From an uncultured Parvibaculaceae bacterium (GTDB lineage Bacteria > Pseudomonadota > Alphaproteobacteria > Parvibaculales > Parvibaculaceae), in assembly GCA_965283695.1 (NCBI GenBank), contig CBDIPP010000015.1:155-64154 (forward strand): a stretch of 64,000 nucleotides of DNA, read 5' to 3'. The notes beneath the pieces were generated by a model. The model saw nothing but the letters and a program-made list of their open reading frames with translations, searched no databases and was not told where the DNA came from. A program made the position numbers and the translations under genes. This document shows, one piece after another, positions 1 to 10,328 of this stretch (position 1 is its first letter; each line of letters opens with the position of its first letter).

Positions 1-515
1 CCGACTGGCTCTTGGCCAGTATTTGGCACTGCTTCCAGGATGTCTGAGTTTTGAGGATCTTCCCAGACAACTCCCAGCACTCGCTCCGACGCAAAATCAA
101 AATCATCTAAGCGGAGAACGCCACATCCCGGTCCAAACTGTGCAGGCGCCTTGGCATTCCATCAAGAGGCAGGTGCAGAACATCGACGCACTTCAAACGT
201 CTGCGTGCCGGGTCGCGCCAAAACTCTCTGCAGCTAATAGAGACATCCTCAGTCGTCTGATTGTCCCCCAACAGGACGAACTAAAGCGGTGTCTCTGACC
301 TCTTCGACCAAATTGTTCATAGAAGATCACCACCAACCCGGCACTTAGGCGGCTTGCCGAAGTACCGGCGTTTGCCTAGAGTGGACAGATGCTAAAATAA
401 GATACCAGAAAAGATCTCACCAACCTTTACCCGTTTGAGGGAACGAAGGTGTATCGCCTGTTGCCAATGGCAAGTTCGCGCACGTGTTCACGTTGCGCCC
501 TTTCTGGTTTTCAAA

Positions 516-1679
516 ATGTTTCCATTGAATCTGTCCCTGCGGTTCACGCCAGCAGTACGCGTATCAAACTACTACTTTTTCCAGGCCATGAGCGTAGGCA
601 TGGTCAACGCCTTCGCCGGTATCTGGTTTGTATCTCAAGGCCTCACGCCAGAACAAATTGGGACAATCGCAGCCGCTCCGCTGTTTGTACTCTTGTTTTT
701 GGGCATCATTGTTGGGCGCATCGCGGATGCCGCTCCTGACTGGCGCCGTGTGATTGTCATCGGTTCTGTGGTATCCGGCGTTCTTCCCTTTTCCCTTCTA
801 TTCGTTGGCGGGTATTGGGGCATCTTGATCGCCTGGACGATGTGTGTGATTGCGCAGATGGCGGTCCTGCCAGTGGTTGATGCTGCTTCCATCCGCCTGG
901 GAAGGCGTGTTGGCTTTGACTTCAGCCACCTCTACGCCTGGAAAACAATCGGCTATCTCCTCACAGTCTTTACTGCCGGCATTGTCATTGACCGATTTGG
1001 AATTATTGCTTTCCTGCCTGTGTTCATTGGCCTGTCACTGGTCCGCGCGGCTTCGTCGTTTGCCCTACCCGCTTTTCGAGCACCAGTCGCTGAAGCAAAG
1101 AAAAAGCCTGGGCCGCGCAATCTACGAGAGATGTCGAAGCTATGGTTCGTTCTTCCCTTGGCCGGCTGGTCCATGGTTCATGCGACGCATTTTGTTCTAA
1201 ATGGATTTCTTGGTCTGTTCTGGCAGGCGCAGGGGGTGTCGGAAGACTATATCGGCGCCCTCGTTGCGGTGAGCTCTCTAAGCGAAATTGTTATGTTCTT
1301 TGTGTTTAAACATTTCGCTGAGCGCTTCTCAGCCCGCGCCATGATCCTGGTCTCATGTCTTGTCGCTGCCATCCGTTTGACTGCGTTCTCAGCGTCTCCA
1401 AGCGTTGAGATTTTGTTCGCCCTACAGATGCTGCATTCAATCACTTATGCTCTGGGGTTCCTTGCCTGCACAAACTTCATCGCCAATCAGACGCGAGAAG
1501 AAGTGGCCGCCGAGGCGCAGAGCTTCTTCGTGTTACTGCAACTGGTTGTTGCGATTGTGGCGCTGGTGTCGTTTGGCTGGCTGGCTGCAGCGTTTGGCCC
1601 TTACGCATTCTTGGCGTCGGCGAGCCTTGCGGCATTGGGTGCTCTGCTGGTTGTGATCTCGATGACCCTCAAGAAGTAG
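516..1679 (+). CDS. MFS transporter (MFS_1_like / HcaT-like)
   Basis: ORF 435..1679 is hydrophobic throughout with about 12 predicted TM segments. It carries the motif GRIADAAPDWRRV after the second helix. The first ATG at 516 was chosen because 435 is TTG. Confidence 0.75.
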   Translation: MFPLNLSLRFTPAVRVSNYYFFQAMSVGMVNAFAGIWFVSQGLTPEQIGTIAAAPLFVLLFLGIIVGRIADAAPDWRRVIVIGSVVSGVLPFSLLFVGGYWGILIAWTMCVIAQMAVLPVVDAASIRLGRRVGFDFSHLYAWKTIGYLLTVFTAGIVIDRFGIIAFLPVFIGLSLVRAASSFALPAFRAPVAEAKKKPGPRNLREMSKLWFVLPLAGWSMVHATHFVLNGFLGLFWQAQGVSEDYIGALVAVSSLSEIVMFFVFKHFAERFSARAMILVSCLVAAIRLTAFSASPSVEILFALQMLHSITYALGFLACTNFIANQTREEVAAEAQSFFVLLQLVVAIVALVSFGWLAAAFGPYAFLASASLAALGALLVVISMTLKK

Positions 1680-1698
1680 AGCACCCAAATTCGTCGCA

Positions 1699-2550
1699 TT
1701 AGTCCTTGGCGTCGATGTCACTTGCGTCATGACGCTCAGGAACCTGACTGCTCTCTTCGCCCCAAACGCGGTTTACTTTCTGACCCCGTTTCACAGCTGG
1801 ACGGGTGAAGATTTCGTCGGTCCAGCGGTTCACGTTTTTGTAGGAGGCTACATCCAGGAACTCTTTGGACTCATAGAGCAACCCTTTTGCCAAAGCGCCA
1901 TACCATGGACAGGTCGCCATATCAGCGATCGAATATTCATCGCCTGCCAGGAACTGATTGTCGGCCAAATGACGGTCCAATACATCGAGCTGACGCTTCA
2001 CTTCCATCGTGAAGCGATTGATCGGGTACTCGTACTTCTCCGGCGCGTAGGCGTAAAAGTGACCGAAGCCACCGCCGAGATATGGTGCGCTGCCCATCAA
2101 CCACATGAGCCAGGACATGCACTCCGTGCGTTTCTTGTGATCTTTGGGCAGGAAGGCATCGAACTTCTCAGCCAAGTACCAAAGGATCGCACCGGATTCG
2201 AACACGCGTGTTGGCGTCTCCGTGCTGTGGTCCATGAGGGCCGGAATTTTCGAGTTCGGGTTGATGTCGACGAAGTCGCTGCCGAACTGGTCGCCTTCAC
2301 CGATATTGATGAGCCAAGCATCGTATTCTGCGCCTTTGTGCCCTAGCGCCAGAAGCTCTTCCAACATCACAGTGACTTTCACACCGTTCGGCGTCGCCAG
2401 GGAATAAAGCTGCAAGGGGTGTTTTCCAACCGGCAGCTCTTTCTCCTGCGTCGGGCCTGCGATCGGGCGGTTGATATTCGCGAACCGTCCCCCGCTTTCA
2501 CTGTCCCACGTCCAAACCTTTGGCGGTACGTAAACGTCTGCGCTGCTCAT
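1699..2550 (-). CDS. yghU: Nu-class glutathione S-transferase, YghU-like
   Basis: Strong resemblance to E. coli YghU along its length (PPKVWTWD..GGRFANINRP.AGPT.EK.LPVGKHPLQLYSL.TPNG.KVT.MLEELLALG; FGHFYAYAP; ERHDASD). ATG at 2550 gives 283 aa; the ORF-track N-extension was discarded. Confidence 0.9.
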   Translation of the reverse strand: MSSADVYVPPKVWTWDSESGGRFANINRPIAGPTQEKELPVGKHPLQLYSLATPNGVKVTVMLEELLALGHKGAEYDAWLINIGEGDQFGSDFVDINPNSKIPALMDHSTETPTRVFESGAILWYLAEKFDAFLPKDHKKRTECMSWLMWLMGSAPYLGGGFGHFYAYAPEKYEYPINRFTMEVKRQLDVLDRHLADNQFLAGDEYSIADMATCPWYGALAKGLLYESKEFLDVASYKNVNRWTDEIFTRPAVKRGQKVNRVWGEESSQVPERHDASDIDAKD

Positions 2551-2757
2551 GTAAGTGCTCCTGCCCTGTTGATTTCCGATTGGACAGTAAATGCCCACGC
2601 GGTTAGCCAATTTCAATAGTTGGCAAACCCTACCCAATCTCAAGCGGCAATCACACTATCCACACGCGGATTTGATGTTAGGAGGCTCCGCAGCAGCAGC
2701 CGACGAGCGGACAAGCTGAGAGGTTTTTGGATGATGGGTAATAGTGCTTGGGATAAA

Positions 2758-2833
2758 TGGTGGGCGGTGACGGGATCGAACCGCCGACCCTCTCGGTGTA
2801 AACGAGATGCTCTCCCAGCTGAGCTAACCGCCC
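2758..2833 (-). tRNA. tRNA-Val (anticodon TAC)
   Basis: The reverse complement reads GGGCGGTTAGCTCAGCTGGGAGAGCATCTCGTTTACACCGAGAGGGTCGGCGGTTCGATCCCGTCACCGCCCACCA. It has a 7-bp acceptor stem, D and T arms, anticodon loop TTTACAC and an encoded CCA. Confidence 0.9.
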
Positions 2834-2970
2834 GTTCAGAAGTGTCTGAAGCGCCGCCGACATTAGTCATGGAACGCCCCACGTCAAGCGCCAATTGCAT
2901 CCATTTTGCCGCAATACATGGCTAAAAGCCTTGATATATGCTCAAGCCAGGTCACAAACCGGGGACATCC

Positions 2971-4041
2971 ATGAAAATCATCGTCAGATTGCTCAGCGCC
3001 GTTGCTATCACCCTTGCCGTTTCGTTCACCTGGCTGCTTTGGCCAACCTCCACCCCAGCCTTCGTCGACGCAAATGGTGACCCGGTTTCCGGCAGCATTG
3101 CGGAGGAAGAGTGGGTTGAGGTGAATGGTCTCTCTCAATGGACTCTCACCCGAGGCCGTGACCGAGACAACCCTATTCTACTGGTGCTCCATGGCGGCCC
3201 GGGCGCTGGCGAGTTTGCCTGGTTCCGTGCCTATAACAGCAATCTAGAGGACGAGTTTGTTGTGATCCACTGGGACCAGCGCGGTGCCGGCAAGAGCTTC
3301 GATGCGGATACCCCCGCTGAGACCATGAACCTACCCCAGATCATCGCCGACATTGATGTCGTCGTTGATCACTTACGTACAAAGTTTGGGCGCGAGCGTA
3401 TTGCCATTCTCGGCCATTCCTGGGGTTCCCTTCTCGGTACGACCTATGTTGCGGCACATCCTGGCAAAGTGTCAGGGTATGTTGGGACGGGACAGATCTC
3501 CGATATGGCAGCCAATGAAATCTATTCCTATGCATTCGCCCTGGCGGAAGCTGAGCGCCTCGGCAATCAAACCGCGATAGCTGAGTTGACGGAAATCGGC
3601 GCCCCACCTTACGGCGTCGACGAAACGATTGTTCAACGTGGGTGGCTGACAGAGTTCGGCGGCGGGCTCACCCACGACGGACGCTCTCAACTCAGTCTCG
3701 CCTGGACAGCGCTCTCCATTCCGGAATTCAATCTGATTGATCTCATCAACCTGGTTCGAAGCGCCCTCTTCTCAATGGACCACTTGTGGGACCAGATTGG
3801 CGACATCAATCTCGACCAGACCTACCTGTCCTTTGAGATGCCGGTCTTTTTCATTCTGGGTCGCTATGATCATCAAACACCGTCTGAGCTGGCTGAAGCC
3901 TATTTCAATCGGCTGTCGGCCCCAGACAAAGAGCTCTTCTATTTCGAAAATTCAGCGCATGCACCACCATGGGAAGAACCTGACCGCTTTTTCGATGTGA
4001 TGGTGAATGATATCAAGCCACGGCTCCTTCCTGACCGGTGA
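2971..4041 (+). CDS. alpha/beta hydrolase, proline iminopeptidase (S33)-like, secreted or membrane anchored
   Basis: HGGPG oxyanion motif, WDQRGAGKS, and nucleophile elbow GHSWGS. N-terminal hydrophobic signal/anchor after ATG 2971. Confidence 0.8.
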   Translation: MKIIVRLLSAVAITLAVSFTWLLWPTSTPAFVDANGDPVSGSIAEEEWVEVNGLSQWTLTRGRDRDNPILLVLHGGPGAGEFAWFRAYNSNLEDEFVVIHWDQRGAGKSFDADTPAETMNLPQIIADIDVVVDHLRTKFGRERIAILGHSWGSLLGTTYVAAHPGKVSGYVGTGQISDMAANEIYSYAFALAEAERLGNQTAIAELTEIGAPPYGVDETIVQRGWLTEFGGGLTHDGRSQLSLAWTALSIPEFNLIDLINLVRSALFSMDHLWDQIGDINLDQTYLSFEMPVFFILGRYDHQTPSELAEAYFNRLSAPDKELFYFENSAHAPPWEEPDRFFDVMVNDIKPRLLPDR

Positions 4042-4044
4042 GCG

Positions 4045-5178
4045 CTATCGTCCAGGTACGCCCTCAATGTCTGCTTTGAAGCGATAGAGGTAATAAGGGG
4101 CTGCTGCCTCAATATGGGATTTTGACTGAAGCATCTGATCGGGGATGGCGCTATCGGTAAAGTAGTAGTAGCCGTCGCCGCCATATGAAATACCGTCCGC
4201 CCACCGTACTCTGTCGCTGGCGATCAGCGTTTGAAGCGAACCATCCGGTGCCATGCGTGCGACACCGCCATGCTCGACATCTGTGATGTAAACATTGCCC
4301 TCAACGTCGATACTCAGACCGTCGCTGAGCGGCTTGTCCCCCATTCTCTCGACTGCCGCAGTAATAATGTCGTGTGAGACCGATCGATCTTTCAGGACAG
4401 ACGTCGGGACCCGATAAAGACCATCATGGGTCATGGCCCCGTAATAGACATAGTCGCCCGCAGCATCGACAACAATGCCATCAACGCCTGGCTTCAGCGC
4501 TATCAGGCCTCCAAAAAAAGTCATAGTCTTTACTGGATTTTCGATAATCCAACCCTGGGCAACGACTGAAGGATGCTCTTCGAGAACTCTCCAGGCCTCC
4601 CCGTTCTCCATGTCATAGACAACCAGCGCCGGGTTCTTCCCGAAGAAGCTCACATCAGCGATGTAGACATAACGCCCATCTGGCGACACCGACAGGTCGT
4701 TCAAGAAAGAAGCCCACTCGCCGACATCATTGCCGAACGTGACCTCGTGCACGATTTCACCACTGGCAAGGTCAAACGCGGTGAGGCTTGCGCCCGCGAA
4801 CCCGTGATTGCCATGATCAATCACCCAAAGACGGTTCTGCTGATCAATGGTGAGGCCGAGGGCGGTGACGAAGCGGGTCGCTGAGAGTTCCCGTGTCGGA
4901 TATGGAACAGCTGCACCATCGCGCACTTCATAAAGCACGGGGCCGGTCGGTCCAGATTCCGGGTGCACGGTAAAGAACACACGACCATCTGCTGAGCCTG
5001 CAACATTTCCGAAAGGCTCGGGAAACGCCAGCACGGCTTCCAACGCCTCGTCACCAAAGAGCGGCACCGTCGAGAGATCCAGGTAAGCGTCTCCGCCGCC
5101 ATACCGGCTGTAAAGCGTCAGGGCCACGATGACCATGAATGCGACCAGTGCTAGCGTTATATTTCTTAGCCAAACCAT
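4045..5178 (-). CDS. beta-propeller protein, MRJP/yellow (L-dopachrome tautomerase-related) or SMP-30-like, N-terminal TM anchor
   Basis: Repeated blade-like segments (NRLWVIDHGNHG, DGRYVYIADV, GDYVYYGAM, GNVYITDVEHGG, GYYYFTDSA). AAGGAG SD lies 6 nt before ATG 5178. Confidence 0.6.
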   Translation of the reverse strand: MVWLRNITLALVAFMVIVALTLYSRYGGGDAYLDLSTVPLFGDEALEAVLAFPEPFGNVAGSADGRVFFTVHPESGPTGPVLYEVRDGAAVPYPTRELSATRFVTALGLTIDQQNRLWVIDHGNHGFAGASLTAFDLASGEIVHEVTFGNDVGEWASFLNDLSVSPDGRYVYIADVSFFGKNPALVVYDMENGEAWRVLEEHPSVVAQGWIIENPVKTMTFFGGLIALKPGVDGIVVDAAGDYVYYGAMTHDGLYRVPTSVLKDRSVSHDIITAAVERMGDKPLSDGLSIDVEGNVYITDVEHGGVARMAPDGSLQTLIASDRVRWADGISYGGDGYYYFTDSAIPDQMLQSKSHIEAAAPYYLYRFKADIEGVPGR

Positions 5179-5261
5179 ATCCATCTCCTTGCCCGGTTCC
5201 GTCCTAGCGCATAAGCTGGTGATGATAGTTTCTAAAAGCAACCAGGTACCTTTAGGTTCCC

Positions 5262-5657
5262 ATGCAAAAAGTCGATCTCAAAACAGCGCCGGACGCAGGT
5301 GCCTGGCAAGACGAAGCCGGGTTTTGGGCGAAGGTTGAAGAAGCCGGCGCCAATCCCGAATGTGACATCCGCCGCCTGCTCCGTGTTGTGCTCAATCGCT
5401 GGGCACCCCTTATCCTTCTCAACCTCGCGCAGGAGCCGCGCCGGTTCGGCGAGCTGCGGCGACGTATCCCGACCCTGTCGCAAAAGGTTATGACGCAGAA
5501 TCTGCGCGCTCTTGAGGAGTCAGGTCTGGTCTCGAGGTCGGTGGTGGACACGTCACCTCCTCAGGTCACCTATGCTCTGGAGCCTGAAGCAGGTCCGTTG
5601 ATCGAACATTTAATGCAGATTGCCGCCTGGGCGAACGACCATGCCGCTGACGCCTGA
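5262..5657 (+). CDS. HxlR-family winged-helix transcriptional regulator
   Basis: Typical HxlR core: RWAPLILLNLAQEPRRFGELRRRIPTLSQKVMTQNLRALEESGLVSR...PPQVTYALEP. Confidence 0.85.
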   Translation: MQKVDLKTAPDAGAWQDEAGFWAKVEEAGANPECDIRRLLRVVLNRWAPLILLNLAQEPRRFGELRRRIPTLSQKVMTQNLRALEESGLVSRSVVDTSPPQVTYALEPEAGPLIEHLMQIAAWANDHAADA

Positions 5658-5783
5658 CACGAGCGCTGGAACCAAGCGCAAAAAAAGTGCTTGCCGCATA
5701 GCCTGATTTCAGATCAAAGGCAGACTGTAAACCTGACCTCCTTTCGCATGGCCGTGGATAGATGCGCCGTGTGGAGATGAACC

Positions 5784-7037
5784 ATGACGCGCAGTCTCGC
5801 TCCTTTCTTTTCCTTGTTTCTCTCCACAGCAATCTTATTGCTGGGTGACGGCCTGTTTGGCACCCTTCTGCCTATCAGGGGGAGCCTTAACGGCTTCTCA
5901 GCCACCAGCCTCGGGCTCATGGGGTCAGCCTATTTTGCCGGCTATATGCTCGGCGCTTTGTTCGGGCCTGCGGGTATTATGCGGGTCGGACATATTCGCT
6001 CGTTTGCCGTTTTCGCCTCAATTGCCTCGGCGGCCCCACTTGCTCACATGCTCTTTTCAGACCCCATAGCCTGGGTCGTGCTTCGGGTTGCTACAGGCTT
6101 TTGCATTGCTGGTCTCTATATGATCATCGAGAGCTGGCTCAACGAACAGGCCGATAATTCCAATCGGGGTACGGTCTTCGCCGTCTACCGGGTGGTGAGC
6201 CTCGCTGCGCTTACCCTGGGACAGCTAGCCCTCAATCTGTTTGACCCAAGTGGCTTCGAACTTTTCGCTGTTGTGGCCATCCTGACCTCTTTTGCGCTTG
6301 TCCCCGTCTCGCTCACAAAGGCTGTCCAGCCTGCCCCGCTTGAGACCGCACGGGTGAAGCTCAGCGAGCTTTGGTCGATCTCCCCGGTTGGCGTGATGGG
6401 CTGCTTCATCGTTGGGTTGGTCAACGGCCCATTCTGGGCGCTAGGGCCAGTCTATGCGAGAGAAGTCGGGCTCGACATTCAAGGCGTCTCCTTCTTCATG
6501 ACGCTCGCTATTCTTGGTGGAGCTCTGCTGCAGGTTCCTGTTGGCCGGCTGTCCGACCGGGTCGACCGCCGCTGGGTTCTGATCTTTGTTCTTACCGGTG
6601 TCGCGGCGACAGCGGCCTATCTCAGCCTTGCTCCAGGACAGGTGGGCGCCTCTGGCATTTATCTCGGCGCCTTCGCCTTTGGCGCATTCGCACTCTCGCT
6701 TTACGGACTTTGCGTCGCCCAAGCGAATGACCACGCAGCGCCGCACCAGTTTGTGCTTGTGGCAAGCGGCCTGACCCTGGTCTTTGCAGTGGGTGCGATG
6801 ACGGGGCCCCTCGCCATCTCCGGCCTCATCCCGCTCTTCGGTATCGGCTCGGTCTTCGCATTGTCCGCGGTGTCGTCCGTCCTGTTCATCTTTTTCGTGC
6901 TCGCACGCATCCTTGCCCGGGAGGCGGTGCCGGAAGATAAAAAAGAAGACTTTGTTGCTGTTCCCATCAGCCAAACAACCGCTGCGCCGCTTGAGCTAGA
7001 CCCGCGAGCCGACGGCGAAGACGACACGCAGAGCTAG
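5784..7037 (+). CDS. MFS transporter
   Basis: 417 aa with 12 hydrophobic segments. Loop motif GRLSDRVDRRWV in the second half. Confidence 0.85.
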   Translation: MTRSLAPFFSLFLSTAILLLGDGLFGTLLPIRGSLNGFSATSLGLMGSAYFAGYMLGALFGPAGIMRVGHIRSFAVFASIASAAPLAHMLFSDPIAWVVLRVATGFCIAGLYMIIESWLNEQADNSNRGTVFAVYRVVSLAALTLGQLALNLFDPSGFELFAVVAILTSFALVPVSLTKAVQPAPLETARVKLSELWSISPVGVMGCFIVGLVNGPFWALGPVYAREVGLDIQGVSFFMTLAILGGALLQVPVGRLSDRVDRRWVLIFVLTGVAATAAYLSLAPGQVGASGIYLGAFAFGAFALSLYGLCVAQANDHAAPHQFVLVASGLTLVFAVGAMTGPLAISGLIPLFGIGSVFALSAVSSVLFIFFVLARILAREAVPEDKKEDFVAVPISQTTAAPLELDPRADGEDDTQS

Positions 7038-7048
7038 CAGCTCCCAAC

Positions 7049-7078
7049 AAAAAAGGCCGGCTTTCGCCGACCTTCTTG
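7049..7078 (-). terminator. rho-independent terminator downstream of hup (hairpin also follows the + strand MFS gene)
   Basis: GGCCGGC-TTTC-GCCGACC hairpin (7055..7072). On the minus strand it is followed by TTTTTT (7049..7054). Confidence 0.6.
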
Positions 7079-7112
7079 CGTTCTCACGCTTGGATGTCCA
7101 AACCGGAAAGCG

Positions 7113-7388
7113 TTAGCTGTTCACAGCGTCCTTTAGGCCCTTACCAGCTTTGAACTTCGGCTGGTTTGATGCCGGGATCTGAATCTTCTCGCCGGTCCGC
7201 GGATTGCGGCCTTCGGAAGCATTCCGTCGCGTTACGTTGAATGTGCCAAACCCAACCAGGCGGACTTCGTCGCCCCCTTTAAGGGTGGAGGTGATTGTAT
7301 CAAATACGCAGTCGACGGCTTTTGTGGCGTCGCCTTTTGCCAGACCAGTCTGATCAGCAATGACGGCAATGAGATCGTTCTTATTCAC
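7113..7388 (-). CDS. hup: DNA-binding protein HU
   Basis: 91 aa: MNKNDLIAVIADQTGL.K.DA.KAVD...D.I...L..G..V.LVGFGTF.V..R....GRNPRTGE.I.IPA...PKFKAGK. Confidence 0.95.
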   Translation of the reverse strand: MNKNDLIAVIADQTGLAKGDATKAVDCVFDTITSTLKGGDEVRLVGFGTFNVTRRNASEGRNPRTGEKIQIPASNQPKFKAGKGLKDAVNS

Positions 7389-7477
7389 GTTCGGCCCCTC
7401 TAGGCTGCGGGGAGCGAATCCCCAGGAGATCAGGGAAAAGTGTAAACACCCTGCCTGAGCGGGGTCAAAGAATTAAG

Positions 7478-7501
7478 CGCAGAAATGCGCAGATTTCTGC
7501 G
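7478..7501 (-). terminator. possible hairpin or operator between lon and hup
   Basis: Perfect 9-bp inverted repeat CGCAGAAAT-N6-ATTTCTGCG. On the minus strand it is followed by CTTAATTCTTT. Confidence 0.3.
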
Positions 7502-7604
7502 AGTTTTCGGATAATCATTGCTATATTGCAGGTGCGAACGATGGGCACAAAAAAGCGCTGATCTCATTGGAGACCCCAGGCCGAAAAGCGCTTTTTCTGT
7601 TTGT

Positions 7605-10079
7605 TTAGTGGGCAGTAAGCCCTTCAGCTGATGTATTTTGTACACCACGTTCTGCTTGTTGCGCTGCGTAGGCTTCTTCGTCCCACTCAATCGCTTCAGG
7701 CATGGAGGTCAGAGCACGGACCAGCACCTCATCGACGGTTTCCACAGGCACAATTTCCAGCCGATTCTTCACATTATCGGGAATATCAGCCAGATCCTTG
7801 GCATTGTCCTTCGGAATCAGGACTGTTTTGATGCCGCCACGAAGAGCTGCAAGCAGCTTCTCCTTGAGGCCACCAATCGGCAGTACTCGGCCGCGCAATG
7901 TGATCTCTCCGGTCATCGCCACATCTTTGCGGATTGGAATACCGGTCATGATCGAGACGATGGTGGTTGCCATGGCAACACCGGCGCTAGGACCATCCTT
8001 CGGAGTTGCCCCTTCCGGCACGTGGACGTGGATGTCCTTCCGGTCAAAGACAGGTGGTTCCACACCGAACGTCGTCGCCCGTGATTTCACGTAGGAGCTC
8101 GCGGCAGAGATAGACTCTTTCATGACGTCTTTGAGATTACCTGTGACCGTCATCCGGCCCTTACCAGGCATTTCAACACCCTCAATAGTCAGAAGCTCGC
8201 CTCCAACTTCTGTCCAGGCCAGGCCTGTCACAACGCCAACCTGATCTTCTCCATCGATTTCGCCATGGCGGAATTTCGCCACACCGGCGTAATCAGCAAG
8301 GTTGTCTATCGTGACATTGATCTCTGTCTTGTCTGTCGTGATGAGTTCCTTGACCGCCTTCCGGCACAGGTTCGAAACCTCTCGCTCCAAGCTCCGGACA
8401 CCTGCTTCACGGGTATAAGTTCGCACCAGTTCAAGCAGGCCTTCATCGTCGATGGTCCACTCTTCTGCCTTCAGACCATGGTTTTTCATGACCTTGGGGA
8501 TGAGGTGACGACGGGTGATCTCCACCTTCTCGTCCTCAGTGTACCCAGCGATCCGGATGATCTCCATCCGGTCCATCAAGGGGCCTGGAATGTTGAGCGT
8601 ATTCGCTGTCGTTACGAACATCACGTTCGAGAGGTCGTATTCGACCTCAAGATAGTGGTCCATGAAGGTATTGTTCTGTTCCGGGTCGAGCACCTCGAGC
8701 AAGGCGGATGAGGGATCACCACGAAAATCCGCGCCCATCTTGTCGATTTCATCGAGCAGGAAGAGCGGGTTGGAATTCTTCACCTTCTTCATCGACTGGA
8801 TGACCTTACCGGGCATGGAGCCAATGTAGGTACGACGGTGACCTCTGATTTCAGCTTCGTCACGCACCCCACCAAGTGACAGCCGGGCGAATTCACGACC
8901 GGTCGCTTTAGCGATGGATTTGCCCAACGATGTCTTACCGACACCAGGAGGCCCTACAAGACAAAGGATCGGACCTTTCAGCTTGTTGGCCCGTTGCTGC
9001 ACAGCGAGATATTCAACGATGCGTTCTTTGACCTTCTCCAGACCATAGTGATCCGCATCCAAAATCTCTTCGGCTTTGGACAGGTCTTTTTTGACCCGAC
9101 CTTTCTTGTTCCAAGGAATAGAAAGGATCCAGTCGAGATAGTTCCGTACCACGGTCGCTTCCGCAGACATGGGGCTCATCTGTTTGAGCTTCCGCATCTC
9201 TGCATCAACTTTTTCGCGGGCTTCTTTTGAAAGCTTCGTTTGTTCGATCCGGCTTTCCAGTTCGTGCAGCTCGTCCCGGCCATCTTCGCCATCGGACCCG
9301 CCCAGCTCCTTCTGGATCGCCTTCATCTGTTCGTTGAGATAATACTCGCGCTGCGTCTTCTCCATCTGGCGTTTCACGCGGCTGCGGATTTTCTTCTCAA
9401 CGTTGAGGACAGAAATCTCGCCTTCCATCATGGAATAGACGCGCTCTAACCGCTCAGCGGTGCTCGCAATCTCGAGCAGTTCCTGCTTCTCTTCAAGCTT
9501 GATGTTGAGATGGCTCGCAATGGTGTCTGCCAGTTTCGCGTAGTCTTCGATCTGTGTCACAGACCCCAGAACTTCAGGCGGCACCTTTTTGTTGAGCTTC
9601 ACATAATTTTCGAAGTGTCCTGTGACAGTCCGCGCGAGTGCCTCAAGCCGCTCATCATCAGCATCTGTGTCAGGGACTGGCGTTACTTCTGCTTCAAAGA
9701 AGTCTTCCCGACCAGTGAAGCGCTCAACCCGCGCACGGGTCGTTCCCTCCACCAAAACCTTCACGGTTTGATCGGGTAGTTTCAGGAGTTGCAGAACCTG
9801 CCCCACAGTGCCGACGTCATAAATGTCGCCTGGATTTGGGTCATCATCACCTGGGTCTTTTTGAGCGACCAGCAGGATCTGTTTGTCGTCCTGCATCACT
9901 TCCTCAAGCGCCCGGACCGACTTCGCCCGACCGACGAAGAGCGGCACGATCATATGCGGAAATACGACGATGTCGCGAAGAGGCAGTACAGGCAACACGC
10001 CACCGGTAAACTCCGGCGCATCTTCGCTTGAGTCCTGTGCCACTGCTTCGTTTTGAGGTTCGTCGTGATTGTCACTCAT
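7605..10079 (-). CDS. lon: ATP-dependent Lon protease
   Basis: 824 aa with an N-terminal LON domain, Walker [10 protein letters not shown], and the protease serine motif [11 protein letters not shown]. Confidence 0.97.
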   Translation of the reverse strand: MSDNHDEPQNEAVAQDSSEDAPEFTGGVLPVLPLRDIVVFPHMIVPLFVGRAKSVRALEEVMQDDKQILLVAQKDPGDDDPNPGDIYDVGTVGQVLQLLKLPDQTVKVLVEGTTRARVERFTGREDFFEAEVTPVPDTDADDERLEALARTVTGHFENYVKLNKKVPPEVLGSVTQIEDYAKLADTIASHLNIKLEEKQELLEIASTAERLERVYSMMEGEISVLNVEKKIRSRVKRQMEKTQREYYLNEQMKAIQKELGGSDGEDGRDELHELESRIEQTKLSKEAREKVDAEMRKLKQMSPMSAEATVVRNYLDWILSIPWNKKGRVKKDLSKAEEILDADHYGLEKVKERIVEYLAVQQRANKLKGPILCLVGPPGVGKTSLGKSIAKATGREFARLSLGGVRDEAEIRGHRRTYIGSMPGKVIQSMKKVKNSNPLFLLDEIDKMGADFRGDPSSALLEVLDPEQNNTFMDHYLEVEYDLSNVMFVTTANTLNIPGPLMDRMEIIRIAGYTEDEKVEITRRHLIPKVMKNHGLKAEEWTIDDEGLLELVRTYTREAGVRSLEREVSNLCRKAVKELITTDKTEINVTIDNLADYAGVAKFRHGEIDGEDQVGVVTGLAWTEVGGELLTIEGVEMPGKGRMTVTGNLKDVMKESISAASSYVKSRATTFGVEPPVFDRKDIHVHVPEGATPKDGPSAGVAMATTIVSIMTGIPIRKDVAMTGEITLRGRVLPIGGLKEKLLAALRGGIKTVLIPKDNAKDLADIPDNVKNRLEIVPVETVDEVLVRALTSMPEAIEWDEEAYAAQQAERGVQNTSAEGLTAH

Positions 10080-10264
10080 ATTGGAAACCTTGTTGTTTCT
10101 GGAGGCCGCTTTGGTGCATTGCCTGCGCTCACCCAGGTCCTGAATTTCTCAGAAGTATGCCATAGGATTGCTGAACGAATGCTGACCATGAAACTAGTCG
10201 GATTCGCGTAATTCAGGCTGATTATCATCCAAATCAGCGCATTTCTTGTCGATTAACAGAGAAA

Positions 10265-10294
10265 TGGCCCTGAAGGCAAAAGCTTTCAAGGCCA
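10265..10294 (-). terminator. rho-independent terminator after clpX
   Basis: Minus strand TGGCCTTGAAAG-CTTTTG-CCTTCAGGGCCA followed by TTTCTCTGTT, about 35 nt after the clpX stop. Confidence 0.55.
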
Positions 10295-10328
10295 CTTTGT
10301 TCAATATTATGGAAAATACTTTCGCAGA

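Noticed and set aside
23-298. 91-aa + strand ORF at the left edge; also short minus-strand frames that stay open to the window edge
   Set aside because: It has a TTG start, no SD and no recognisable motif, and its composition is unlike the neighbouring genes. The minus-strand frames are shorter than 40 codons and lack a convincing start. I left 1..515 unannotated.
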